A stretch of 32,000 nucleotides of DNA from Candidatus Thorarchaeota archaeon (lineage in GTDB: Archaea > Asgardarchaeota > Thorarchaeia > Thorarchaeales > Thorarchaeaceae). The stretch spans positions 210,001 to 242,000 of the forward strand of contig SHMX01000001.1 of NCBI GenBank assembly GCA_008080745.1. Direction: 5' to 3'. The position numbers and the translations under genes are program-made. Within the stretch, counting starts at the first letter, position 1. Every line of letters begins with the position of its first letter. Of this stretch, positions 7,473-17,080 are shown one piece after another. The notes beneath the pieces were generated by a model. That model had not been told where the DNA came from. It did no database searches and saw nothing but the letters and a program-made list of their open reading frames with translations.

Positions 7473-8168
7473 CTATCGCCACTCAAGATTGATAGTAATA
7501 GTAGGGGGTATCAAATCCAAGATTTCAGTGATTTCTGATTTTTGTGGTTCCCTAAGATGTATTTTCTCTTCCGCACGAACGCCCGTCGATGCTATGTAAT
7601 TCTGAACGGTATACTTACCTGAAAAATCAAGTTTCTGTAATTCTTCTGCAATACGAACAACATCTTTGGGTTCCATAAGTATACCAGTGTAAGTCGTTCG
7701 AGGCCATAATTCTACTGAGGATTGAAGAATCATTTTTAGGCTCTTGACCACTTTGTCCCACGGATTCTGTTTTGTTCTACTTATGGACTTATAGGATTCA
7801 GGAGAGGTTTTGATATCAAACCATACTGAATCCAGATAGGGTAGGCACTTTTCCAGAATATTAGGAACCGATCCTTGCGTATTGAGGTTAATATGACCAT
7901 CAGTTGATTCTCTGAGAGAAGCTAAAAGATCTGGTAATTCATTCTGTAGTGTGGGCTCACCGCCAGTTATGCAATAGCCATCAACAAAATGTCCCGACAC
8001 TCTCGAAATAATCTCAAGAATACTCACTTCAGAGCCAGAGTCATGGGATATCAAATCTGCATTCTGACAATAGGGACAATTAAAGTTGCATCCACTAGTA
8101 AAAATCACTGAAACAGGTATACCCGGTACATCAACTAGACTGACATCAATAATAGAACCAATCCGCAT
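7473..8168 (-). CDS. nrdG: Anaerobic ribonucleotide reductase activating protein-like radical SAM enzyme
   Basis: SLVDVPG...IFTSGCNFNCPYCQN (CxxxCxxC), ITGGEPTLQ, LNTQGS, FDIK. Confidence 0.8.
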   Translation of the reverse strand: MRIGSIIDVSLVDVPGIPVSVIFTSGCNFNCPYCQNADLISHDSGSEVSILEIISRVSGHFVDGYCITGGEPTLQNELPDLLASLRESTDGHINLNTQGSVPNILEKCLPYLDSVWFDIKTSPESYKSISRTKQNPWDKVVKSLKMILQSSVELWPRTTYTGILMEPKDVVRIAEELQKLDFSGKYTVQNYIASTGVRAEEKIHLREPQKSEITEILDLIPPTITINLEWR

Positions 8169-8236
8169 TGAGATTATACCTCACATTAGATAGCCAAACC
8201 ATTGGTTATATCACCAACGGTATGGCTTTTGTATTT

Positions 8237-9970
8237 CTAAGACTCGCTAAAACAAGACTGCAAGTCTTTGATTATTTTTTCTTTTGCTATTCCAATATAT
8301 TCGGAGTTTGCCTCAATAGTCAAATCGTTAATTATGCCATTCCGCCGGTCATAATGTAATGTGACTTTAGTGTCATCCTCGCCTTTTGAAGGAAGAATGT
8401 AATGAACACGGACGTCCTCTGAATCGTCTTGGAACTCCTCATCAATCGATATTATTTCTTTGTTTGCTAGATACTCCTCGATGGCAGCAACGTCACATTT
8501 TTGATTCAGGGTCACCCGTACTAGATGACTTTTCTCGACCTTTGATTCAAGCCAGTCCATTCCCTTCTTTAGGACAATAACTATTGCGGTCCAAAGAGTA
8601 ACAGCTAAGGTGAAGAATAAAATTGGATTGCTTTCTGGAAACAGATGGAAATCTGTTGAATACTCTCCAGTGATTGCTAAGACAATGTCGAAAGCAATGG
8701 TACCAGAAAGAATCAATTCAATGACATTGAGAACATTACCTGTTCTTTCGCTTGCACGAATGACTTCGCTTGTGCTTTGGGTATTGTCACGAAGTGCACT
8801 ATAGACCCTTCGCATCTGTTGTTCAATTTGTGTAGAAAGCAAGGTCTGAAGACCTTCGACTTCACTAGAAAGGCTCTGGAGATCAATGTCGGTGTCACTA
8901 ATACGGTTCATGAGACGATCAAAGGTATTTTGAAAGTTTAGTACAGACACAGCTTCTTCATCGACACCCTCTCGTTCTGAAAGCCACTTTTCTTTGAGTA
9001 GAGCAAAACCTCTCTTTAGATAGCTGCCTATCGATTGAATTATGGTGAAGTTTGCTGAGGCTTCGGTCAATATATTTTGTGCTCGAGTAATGACCGAATG
9101 ATCACCACTAGCAGTCTTTTCAATAAGTATTCTTACTTGAGCTAACTCATCCCAGAGCAATGACATCCTGTGGTAGAGGCCATCAACAAACATTTCAGCA
9201 CTTCGTACTAGTGCATAAAAGGATACAAGAGATTCATATTTGCTCCAGTTTTCAGAAACAAGAATGAGGCCAGCATCTCCAACAAGAAGCAGACTTCCAT
9301 CGTTTAGTCGATGTGTGATGATTAAATTATCTAGTAGTTGCTCCAGTTCGTTCTGATATTCTTCTCCATCCATATACTGTGTTATATCATCAAAATTTGG
9401 AGCCATTGAACTAGCAAGCATGCCAACAAATTTGTATCGACTTCTCGATTCACCTTTGTAAATACAATCCATTAGACGTCGTTGATGATGAGTGAGTAGT
9501 GTTTCCATCATTAAAGAGCTATCGTATATTAGATCAACCACTACTCTGGATATTTTGTCCAAGGAAACCCCATTGATATTTGTTTCTTCTCCACAAGTTT
9601 CGAATATCTCGGCGCCATAGACAACATGACCATCATGGCTGATGTACATTCCAACGGTTTCTTCCTGTTCTATAGATGAGTCATCGTCAGGGTCTTGTAT
9701 CTTAATCTCACTTGCAATATATTCAGAATTAGCAGCATCGATTACTCGGACAAAGTTGATTTCAGACTCGCTGGTAAAAGTAGTACTCTCAGGAAACTTA
9801 TCAACCAACATAGTGACAAATTCGCCATGCACGTGACGAGTTGACATCAATTTGTTTCCAATGTCTTCTAGTATATTTCGATCACAGGGTATGTACTCAC
9901 TCAGCAGAATTCTTACATCCTTTAGTATCATAGATTCTGTTAGGTCATCTCGAATGTTGCCTCCACTCAT
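8237..9970 (-). CDS. CorA-like architecture membrane protein (large soluble domain, coiled coil, two TM helices, extra C-terminal domain); lacks the GMN motif
   Basis: Long helical region is followed by hydrophobic segments VLNVIELILSGTIAFDIVLAIT and ILFFTLAVTLWTAIVIVL. ITGEY occupies the position of the CorA GMN loop. Confidence 0.6.
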   Translation of the reverse strand: MSGGNIRDDLTESMILKDVRILLSEYIPCDRNILEDIGNKLMSTRHVHGEFVTMLVDKFPESTTFTSESEINFVRVIDAANSEYIASEIKIQDPDDDSSIEQEETVGMYISHDGHVVYGAEIFETCGEETNINGVSLDKISRVVVDLIYDSSLMMETLLTHHQRRLMDCIYKGESRSRYKFVGMLASSMAPNFDDITQYMDGEEYQNELEQLLDNLIITHRLNDGSLLLVGDAGLILVSENWSKYESLVSFYALVRSAEMFVDGLYHRMSLLWDELAQVRILIEKTASGDHSVITRAQNILTEASANFTIIQSIGSYLKRGFALLKEKWLSEREGVDEEAVSVLNFQNTFDRLMNRISDTDIDLQSLSSEVEGLQTLLSTQIEQQMRRVYSALRDNTQSTSEVIRASERTGNVLNVIELILSGTIAFDIVLAITGEYSTDFHLFPESNPILFFTLAVTLWTAIVIVLKKGMDWLESKVEKSHLVRVTLNQKCDVAAIEEYLANKEIISIDEEFQDDSEDVRVHYILPSKGEDDTKVTLHYDRRNGIINDLTIEANSEYIGIAKEKIIKDLQSCFSES

Positions 9971-10542
9971 TCTTTTTCACCTCTAGCTAAATCACCAATA
10001 CCAAGATATTTTGGGAGATAAGATCTGGACTTGTACGGAATGTCCTCAAGGTCATCAATAGAAACTCTTTCGCGAATTCCACATGCAGTACAAAAGAGAT
10101 AGAACTGACGATTTTGAATTTCTACAAATCTAAGGTGTTCTGAGTTGCAATAAAGTAACTGGTTAACTGTTTTCTTAATCTCTTCTGAGGCTGATGAGAG
10201 AAAACTTGCCCCCCGTGGAGTAACTCGATAAGCGGTTATGTATCCATAATTACCAGTACTCAAACGAAGTATAGAAATTAACCCGAGTCTCAAGAGGTCT
10301 TCAAGATCGTCTTTCGCCTCACGACTTACATTTAACCATTGTCGGGTACCATCCAGCATTTGTACACTCCAGGGAGCATAGTCATATGTTTCAAAAAGAC
10401 CAGTGATGATACCCTTGTAAATAAGGGTGGCAAGTGGAAGTTCTTTTATCCATTTAGGATCCTTTTCTTTCTCTTCTTGAAGCGTATACTTGTGGATGAT
10501 ATGCAATAACTTGATCATATCCTCAGTTATTTCGTCCTGCAT
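9967..10542 (-). CDS. Hypothetical protein, winged-helix-like core with C-terminal Zn-ribbon-like Cys/His cluster; translationally coupled to 8237..9970
   Basis: DLEDLLRLGLISIL...AYRVTPRGASFL is wHTH-like; YCNSEH...FCTAC. ATGA 4-bp overlap with the downstream gene; GGAGGT RBS. Confidence 0.75.
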   Translation of the reverse strand: MQDEITEDMIKLLHIIHKYTLQEEKEKDPKWIKELPLATLIYKGIITGLFETYDYAPWSVQMLDGTRQWLNVSREAKDDLEDLLRLGLISILRLSTGNYGYITAYRVTPRGASFLSSASEEIKKTVNQLLYCNSEHLRFVEIQNRQFYLFCTACGIRERVSIDDLEDIPYKSRSYLPKYLGIGDLARGEKE

Positions 10543-10672
10543 GATATACCTCCAGTATTTGTAGTCGAAATAGTAGTCAGAAATCCTCCTAAAGAGTCTA
10601 TTGTGAAAATAATCGAAGAGGTTTTCTAGAACGCTTAATTATAATGCTGCATATGGTATTCTGGGGACCACT

Positions 10673-10945
10673 ATGGAGTCATTGATAATATCACGTGATG
10701 AGATTCTTAAAAGCACACTTTTTCATATTCAGGTCAAAAGATGTCAATTCATTGATAATTTTCCTGAAGTCGTGACCGAAGTGATTCACGAATCTATGGT
10801 TGAAAAAGGAATCTCAGACTACGCAAAATTAAAGAGAAAGCTCTACAGGATAGATACCAATTTCTTCACGATCAACAAGGATAAGATCAAGAAGAAAGAC
10901 TTCTATGAAAGCCTATATTCAAGAATACAGGCCAGAGCTAGCTGA
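10673..10945 (+). CDS. Small hypothetical protein
   Basis: 90-aa ORF fills the intergenic gap and has a GGGG RBS-like motif. No motif recognised. Confidence 0.5.
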   Translation: MESLIISRDEILKSTLFHIQVKRCQFIDNFPEVVTEVIHESMVEKGISDYAKLKRKLYRIDTNFFTINKDKIKKKDFYESLYSRIQARAS

Positions 10946-11000
10946 TTTTTTCAACCATGTTGAGTCGAGAGAGCGGGATGGTGGGGACCAATCTGAGCTC

Positions 11001-12779
11001 TCAGACCTCAACAAGATTCAAAGTTACCACAAATTTTGCACCAAGATTAGGATTATCCTCCACTCGATTTTGGACCGAAATATTACCACCGTATTTTCTA
11101 ATCATCGAAGCTACAAGTGTAAGTCCAACTCCACCATAACGTCGACTCTTATCGAAAACAGACTGTTTCTTTGCATCACTTATTCCAGGCCCGTTATCCT
11201 CGATAATGAGGTCCACCGAATCATCTCTAGAAAAACATGAAATCCATACTTTTTTCTCGTCTTTGGGATTATGTCGTGCTGCATTCTCAAGCAAATTCCA
11301 AATCAATTCTCCAAGAAGGGTGTCAGCCTCTACATAGACGGGCCCATCAGGGAGGTCCAGATCTATTATAGCATTGTATACCCTCTTCAAAACAGCAGCT
11401 TTCTCATGGACCACACTAATCAGGTCAATCTCAGATTCTGGAAGGGCTGATAACTGACTGGCTCGCTTTACCTTTGTAATCAGTCGATTGCATCTTTGGG
11501 CAGCGTCAAGCACATCATTCCTAGCATCATCAATGTAAGATGTTGGAAGTTCGGAATCAAGAAGACCTGCTGAGGTGATGATTATTTGTAACTGATTGGC
11601 AATATCATGAGATAAGAGATCGAGATAAAACTGAACAGTTTCTTCTGCGTTCTTCTGTTTCGTAATGTCTGTAATCACTGCAAAGGTGCCTTGGAATTCA
11701 TTATTTGAGTCAAAGATTGGCATTGCAGAAACAACACTATGGATTACTTCACCCTGTTTACTAAGCCATTGTAATTCGTAGTGTTCAGATATTCCTTTTG
11801 TACGGTCGGTATGTTTTCTCCTTGCATCCGCCTCATTCATCGATAAAGCAAAGTCAGTCCACCTATTACCAACAATCTCATCTTGGTCGTATCCTAACAT
11901 CTCACAGAATGCCTTGTTGGTATAGATAAGAATACCATCTTCATCATCTATGACTAGACCATCATTCATAGTTTCTACAAGCATACGATACCGAGATTCA
12001 GTCTCTCCAAGAGCCTCTAGTTCCTGTTCCTGATGGGTAACATCTAGAAAATGAGCAACTGTTTTTACCGATCCATCACTCAAATGGATGACCTCAACAT
12101 TTACCTCAATCGTCTTTAATTCTCCATTTGGGGTCTCAATCTGTAGGTGATAAGATGAAGGAACATCAATTCCATCCTGTCTTTTCCTGAATATGGGTTC
12201 TAACTTAGCAATTTGTTCAGGTGTAAGAAATTCATCGAAACGATGACCTAGAGTTACTTCAGCCGGTCGCTCCATGACATCAACTGCCCTTTTGTTAACA
12301 TATTCAATTATTCCCTTGTCATCAAGTACCAGAATACCATCGTGTGAATAATCGATTATCACACTTTGGACTTCTCCTAACGATTCAACCGATGAAGTAG
12401 AATCTTGCCAGTCCTTCATTTCAACTACGACATAGAATCGATTAGTATCATTGTCATTTTTTTTGTAATGGATTTTTAGAACTGCAGAACTGGAATCAGT
12501 ATCATTTAGAAGTACAGGTAAATCGATTTCCGAGCCGGATTTTTTTAGTTTCTCAAACTGCTCTATTACAGAAGGATGATAATTTGTGTTAATAACATCC
12601 AATAATGTGAGAGAAGATATATCCTTCTCAGAAATATAATCAAAAATATTTCTAGCATATTGATTCATTTCTATGATTGATAGGTTCTCGTCTAAGAACA
12701 GAATTGCAATCGGAATATCAGCCAATTGAACTAAGGTGTCCTCTGAAGAAGTGATATTTCTCTTCGATTTCTTAGACAT
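11001..12779 (-). CDS. Cytoplasmic sensor histidine kinase with three PAS domains
   Basis: PAS S-boxes (YVNKRAVDVM, YTNKAFCEMLGY); H-box LLSHDIANQL; N-box NLLENAARH; DNGPGI; GGVGL. No TM segments. Confidence 0.92.
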   Translation of the reverse strand: MSKKSKRNITSSEDTLVQLADIPIAILFLDENLSIIEMNQYARNIFDYISEKDISSLTLLDVINTNYHPSVIEQFEKLKKSGSEIDLPVLLNDTDSSSAVLKIHYKKNDNDTNRFYVVVEMKDWQDSTSSVESLGEVQSVIIDYSHDGILVLDDKGIIEYVNKRAVDVMERPAEVTLGHRFDEFLTPEQIAKLEPIFRKRQDGIDVPSSYHLQIETPNGELKTIEVNVEVIHLSDGSVKTVAHFLDVTHQEQELEALGETESRYRMLVETMNDGLVIDDEDGILIYTNKAFCEMLGYDQDEIVGNRWTDFALSMNEADARRKHTDRTKGISEHYELQWLSKQGEVIHSVVSAMPIFDSNNEFQGTFAVITDITKQKNAEETVQFYLDLLSHDIANQLQIIITSAGLLDSELPTSYIDDARNDVLDAAQRCNRLITKVKRASQLSALPESEIDLISVVHEKAAVLKRVYNAIIDLDLPDGPVYVEADTLLGELIWNLLENAARHNPKDEKKVWISCFSRDDSVDLIIEDNGPGISDAKKQSVFDKSRRYGGVGLTLVASMIRKYGGNISVQNRVEDNPNLGAKFVVTLNLVEV

Positions 12780-12887
12780 TATAACAACACCAGTTCAATA
12801 TTCAAGTCATTCATTCAGTCAATAACTCTATTGGATTTGTAAGGACACTATTTCATTCCGTGTAATATCAATCTCAGGATGGAAATA

Positions 12888-14240
12888 TCAGCTTTTCTCG
12901 ATTTTCCTCCAAAATCGTGTCGCACTTCTCTGACGACCATATCCAATAAGATCATCCATTAATACAATCATTCGGTTCAACCAAGGCATATGTCGAACCA
13001 TCCAAAGAACCATTTTGTGAAGAACGTTGTTTGGTTTGTTGTAAGGGCAGCTACGAATGCAGTTTGAGCATTCACCACCATTTTGTACCCAGAAATCGTA
13101 ACAGCTCTCAACGTCCACATACCATTTCTTTACTCCTGGATTGTTAGATTTTGACGTTCCTTTCCAACTCTGTTCTTTATCATAGGGGATAGACTGTGAA
13201 GGGCAATCTTTTGCGCATCTTTTACAGGTTTTACAAAACCGGATAACAGAATCACAAAAACCCTTGTCGGGTTTATCGGGAATAAGAGGCATATCAGTTA
13301 GAATTTTAGCAAGTCTGACCCTTGGACCATATTCCTTTGTTATAAGTAAACCATGACGGCCGTATTGACCAAGTCCGGCATCAATCGCAAGAGGTACACT
13401 GAGTGCAACATCATTGCCGCAGGCAATTGCATGATATCCCATTCTTCTAATCAAAGAGGATAATTGAATCTCAACAAATGCCATCTTGGAATATCCTATA
13501 GAAGAGGCTGCCTGAGCAGCAAAAGCAGGTGATGCAGCAAGACCATCATAATCCATCTCGATAGCAATCACTATGGCCCGATTGAGTGTTTCTGGTACAT
13601 CATATGGTTCACCTTTTCTATCGACAGAATAAATCCACTTACGATCTAGAGGTGCAATTCCAACCAGAGACCCACCAAAGAGTTTTCCCGCCCTTTTGAT
13701 CAATTGGGTTAACTCGGAAGGATTCTCCAATTTTTTCTCATGTTTGCCTTCAAATCTCAAGATATCTGCTTCATGAACCAATCTACGAGAGTCGTACAAT
13801 GTCCAATTAGCCTGCGTGATTTCATGTTCCCATTGTGTGTACCCTGATATTCCCCTTGAAATCATATCCATTGCACCAGAATACACCGAATTGCCATAAT
13901 TATCAAAATTCGAGTCATTGTATACTCTGGTAAATATCATATCAGATTCAGGAAACTGTGATAGATTTTCAGATACTTCATAGGGATGAATTGATAATTC
14001 CGAATCGTGTTCAGAGCTGGCAGATGTCTTCTTTGTGGATATTTTTGATGCCGTAATAGCTCCCTTAGTACAAGCCCGTAGACAACTAAGACATTCCGTA
14101 CATCTCCCCAAATTATACGTGAGAGCGTGTGCGCCCTGGGTATAGATCAAGGGCGCATTCTCACCATGAATTCGTTGACAAGCCACTACACAGGCTTGAT
14201 TACATTTACGAGGGTCACAGAGGTCTTTATCGATTATCAC
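12888..14240 (-). CDS. Reductive dehalogenase (RdhA/QueG superfamily) with additional N-terminal ferredoxin-like domain
   Basis: SVPLAIDAGLGQYGRHGLLITKEYGPRVRL (corrinoid region), FCKTCKRCAKDCP and C...CSNCIRSCP. N-terminal CDPRKCNQACVVAC and CTECLSCLRAC. No twin-arginine signal. Confidence 0.85.
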   Translation of the reverse strand: MIIDKDLCDPRKCNQACVVACQRIHGENAPLIYTQGAHALTYNLGRCTECLSCLRACTKGAITASKISTKKTSASSEHDSELSIHPYEVSENLSQFPESDMIFTRVYNDSNFDNYGNSVYSGAMDMISRGISGYTQWEHEITQANWTLYDSRRLVHEADILRFEGKHEKKLENPSELTQLIKRAGKLFGGSLVGIAPLDRKWIYSVDRKGEPYDVPETLNRAIVIAIEMDYDGLAASPAFAAQAASSIGYSKMAFVEIQLSSLIRRMGYHAIACGNDVALSVPLAIDAGLGQYGRHGLLITKEYGPRVRLAKILTDMPLIPDKPDKGFCDSVIRFCKTCKRCAKDCPSQSIPYDKEQSWKGTSKSNNPGVKKWYVDVESCYDFWVQNGGECSNCIRSCPYNKPNNVLHKMVLWMVRHMPWLNRMIVLMDDLIGYGRQRSATRFWRKIEKS

Positions 14241-14374
14241 AAATGCACACCTTGTCTATCCTTTGAGGGATACAAAAGATATGATTAATCCATTGGAAGA
14301 GGTCAGAGTCAGAACGTAGAACTTAAATAATATAAACCATAGTTAATTTTTGAATTCACCATTCGTAGTAGTGA

Positions 14375-14419
14375 AGTGATTCTGTTCAAAAATTGGAGAG
14401 TCGATTGAACGGAATCACT
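14375..14419. terminator. 15-bp inverted repeat directly after the HDAC-family stop codon
   Basis: AGTGATTCTGTTCAA-N15-TTGAACGGAATCACT, with one G.U/mismatch position. Confidence 0.5.
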
Positions 14420-15508
14420 CTACTCTTTTTTAATATCATGAATTGGAAAAACCAACTTCTGCACCAGCCTAACATTATCCTTCACAACTCCCCAAGTTTC
14501 CTCATCATCCTCAAAAGGAGGACTCTGGATAGGTGGAGAATATTCGTTTCCAGAGATTACTGAGAGTACTGTGCCAGCACACCATAAAAAAGCCTCAGGG
14601 TGATATCCACCCCCTGAAACAACACCCAATTTTCCTTCACTCCAGCGATGTGCTGCATTATGGGTCCATTTGCTAGTGTAACGAATAATATCTGTAGTGA
14701 GTATCAGATGGGCCATAGGATCACGATAATGACCATCAAAGCCTGGAAGAAGAAATATGAACTCTGGTTTGAAAGAGTCAACTAAGGGTGGAACCAGAGC
14801 ATCAAAGGCGTATCTATACACGGCGTCTCCAGAATCCATTGGAAACGGAAAATTCACATTATATCCCAGTCCTGCACCAAACCCAATATCTTGAATGTAG
14901 CCATCATGGGGATAGAGCCATTCCGGATCTTCGTGAAATGATATCGTCAGTACCTCGGGGTCTTGATAGAAATACTCCTGAGTTCCATTTCCATGATGAA
15001 CATCCAGGTCAAGAATGAGCACTCTTGAAAAACCATTATCTTTCAATTTGTAGACAGCTGCGGCAATATCATTGAACACACAAAACCCCCCACCCCATTC
15101 ATACTTAGCATGATGAAATCCACCAGTAGGCGAATAGAAATGATCGCAATCTCCAGAGAGTATTGAGTTCACACCAGTAACTGTTGCACCACTAGTAAAT
15201 CTTGCATTCTCGTATATTCCTTGGAACCCAGGTGTGTCTATGTCGATATCGCCCACACCCGTTTTAGAGATTCGTCGTACTTCATCCAGATAATCAGGTG
15301 CATGAATTCGTTCAAGCAATTCCTCTGACAAGGGATGGGGTTTGATAGTAGAAATATTGTCAGCTGAAAGTAGTTGGATTTCTTTTAGGAAGTCACGTAC
15401 CATCTGGAATCTACCCACCCTGACTGGATGACTTTTTCCAAAATCAAAGGTTTCCATCATAGGATCCCAGAGAAAACCAACATTACATTTTCGAGGGGAA
15501 GGACTCAT
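14420..15508 (-). CDS. Histone deacetylase/AcuC-family Zn deacetylase
   Basis: GGFHHA, GFCVFND, LDLDVHHGNG, GFDGHYRDP, GGGY. Start placed at ATG 15508 (MSPSPRK) because the longer ORF overlaps the divergent gene. Confidence 0.92.
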   Translation of the reverse strand: MSPSPRKCNVGFLWDPMMETFDFGKSHPVRVGRFQMVRDFLKEIQLLSADNISTIKPHPLSEELLERIHAPDYLDEVRRISKTGVGDIDIDTPGFQGIYENARFTSGATVTGVNSILSGDCDHFYSPTGGFHHAKYEWGGGFCVFNDIAAAVYKLKDNGFSRVLILDLDVHHGNGTQEYFYQDPEVLTISFHEDPEWLYPHDGYIQDIGFGAGLGYNVNFPFPMDSGDAVYRYAFDALVPPLVDSFKPEFIFLLPGFDGHYRDPMAHLILTTDIIRYTSKWTHNAAHRWSEGKLGVVSGGGYHPEAFLWCAGTVLSVISGNEYSPPIQSPPFEDDEETWGVVKDNVRLVQKLVFPIHDIKKE

Positions 15509-15559
15509 TAGATGGTCATTTGCTACTGCATACTTATTAGGTTTCACAATAAGAATTCG

Positions 15560-17020
15560 GTGGTGCAAGATTTAGTGAAAATTCGCTCAATCGCAAGAGT
15601 GCCAACTCCTTCAGAAATATACTCAGTATATGTAAGACAACGGAAGGATGCAAGTGCTCAAATCTTTTCTTTAGATTATGGGGACAGACTTAGAGTATTT
15701 GATGCTAAGGGAACTCTAAGATCCACAATGAAGTGGAGTAGCAAAGTAAGATGCATCGCTGTTGCAGATGTCGAAGGAGAAGGCGATGACGCTCTGGTAG
15801 GCGGTGTTGGCAAGTATGTCCTTGTTGTGGACCAAAAAGGAAAGCAACTATGGAAAATTGTACTTGAAAGTCCGGTTATTGCTTGCGATGCAAGAGATGT
15901 TGATGGAGACGATGCAGCAGAAGTAGTTGTAGCACTCCAAAATAAGCGGGTAATCTTGTGGAATAATGATCAAGATGCGTTATTTACTCGTTCGATGGAT
16001 TCAACTATCGTGGATGTATGGTTAGAAGATATCACAAATGATACTGAACTAGAAGTCGTCACAGCGATGAGGAATGGCAATGTAACAATTGTCAGCTCAG
16101 CAGGTTATCTTCTCAAAGAAATTAGTCTAGGAGAAGAGATTACAACTTTTGCAGTATTAACATTTGGAGAAAGAAAACTCTTCGTAACAAGTAATCTCTC
16201 TAATACCCTACGGTTCTGGGACATTGAAGGTGACTTGGTGGATAAACTAGATATTGGTGGAAGACCAAGATCAATGGCAACAGGGGTGCCAGATGATATA
16301 TCCGATATCGCATATTTGGTAGTAAGTACCGATGAGAAGAAGATTAGTTTTTGGGAGGTTCAACGGTCTGGAAAGGCAAGTCGAACCGAACAGGTTGTTC
16401 TGCAACAAATTGGTTCAACAAAGGACACGGTATATCGACGTTCCATAAAGTGTGGAAATTGTGGTGCACCAGCATCTCCTGAGAGTCCGGTTTGCGATTC
16501 GTGTGGTGCTCAGCTTGAAATGATGGAAGAATATGTAATTGAGGAATACATCCAAGAGAGTATTGAATCAATCACAGCAAAACACCCTCGGATCAAGCTC
16601 AAAGATCTTGACCGTATTCTCAGAAGAACACTCCCACGTCCCGCAGCTTACAATCTGAGAAGAAGTCTTCAGACGATGATTCAGAGTGGTGAGATTGAGG
16701 GACACATTGACGGCAATGTGTTTGTTCGAACTGAGAAGCCAAAAATCGCAAGGTCTGACAGGCCTACGGAGAAATCGGTTAAAGAAACACGACAGATTCT
16801 GCAAGATTTGCTCGACAGAAAAGATTCCTTTGATATTGATCAGATTGAGAAGGAAACAGGAGTGGATCGAAAGATACTCAGACGAACACTACTGATTCTA
16901 TTAGGAGATGGAGTGATCGAAGGTTCCCTCACGGGACAAATCTTCACTCTTGATGATAAAAAGAAAGCAGAGGAGTTTATCCTTCGCTTTGATAGCGAAT
17001 TGAGAAATTGGATGCGATAG
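15560..17020 (+). CDS. FG-GAP/WD-like beta-propeller + Zn ribbon + two PCI-like winged-helix domains
   Basis: Repeats ADVEGEGDD, RDVDGDDAAE, EDITNDTELE; CGNCG...CDSCG; C-terminal IKLKDL...MIQSGEIEGHID and FDIDQI...LLGDGVIEGSL. Likely start GTG 15560/15563. No signal peptide. Confidence 0.75.
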   Translation: MVQDLVKIRSIARVPTPSEIYSVYVRQRKDASAQIFSLDYGDRLRVFDAKGTLRSTMKWSSKVRCIAVADVEGEGDDALVGGVGKYVLVVDQKGKQLWKIVLESPVIACDARDVDGDDAAEVVVALQNKRVILWNNDQDALFTRSMDSTIVDVWLEDITNDTELEVVTAMRNGNVTIVSSAGYLLKEISLGEEITTFAVLTFGERKLFVTSNLSNTLRFWDIEGDLVDKLDIGGRPRSMATGVPDDISDIAYLVVSTDEKKISFWEVQRSGKASRTEQVVLQQIGSTKDTVYRRSIKCGNCGAPASPESPVCDSCGAQLEMMEEYVIEEYIQESIESITAKHPRIKLKDLDRILRRTLPRPAAYNLRRSLQTMIQSGEIEGHIDGNVFVRTEKPKIARSDRPTEKSVKETRQILQDLLDRKDSFDIDQIEKETGVDRKILRRTLLILLGDGVIEGSLTGQIFTLDDKKKAEEFILRFDSELRNWMR

Positions 17021-17080
17021 TGCATACAAATGATGACGATTTACAATGAATTGGTTTTATTTACAAAAGGAGAGTAACAA

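Noticed and set aside
7473-12779. NrdG without NrdD and a histidine kinase without a response regulator as novel orphans
   Set aside because: Partners are often encoded elsewhere in archaeal genomes, and this cannot be judged from one window.
12888-12890. Sec read-through at other TGA stops (dehalogenase at 12888, TIM barrel at 31316)
   Set aside because: The proteins are complete at these stops, there is no redox-motif context, the frames close shortly after, and I saw no SECIS-like pattern.
14375-14419. SECIS or riboswitch interpretation of the long hairpin
   Set aside because: It has no tandem G.A core with correct spacing, no UGA-containing gene upstream, and it lies upstream of the putative dehalogenase TATA box.
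14420-15508. Acetylpolyamine amidohydrolase linked to the speA cluster
   Set aside because: It has the class I/AcuC-like GGFHHA context rather than the RPPGHHA typical of APAH/class II enzymes, and it is transcribed divergently. Substrate unresolved.
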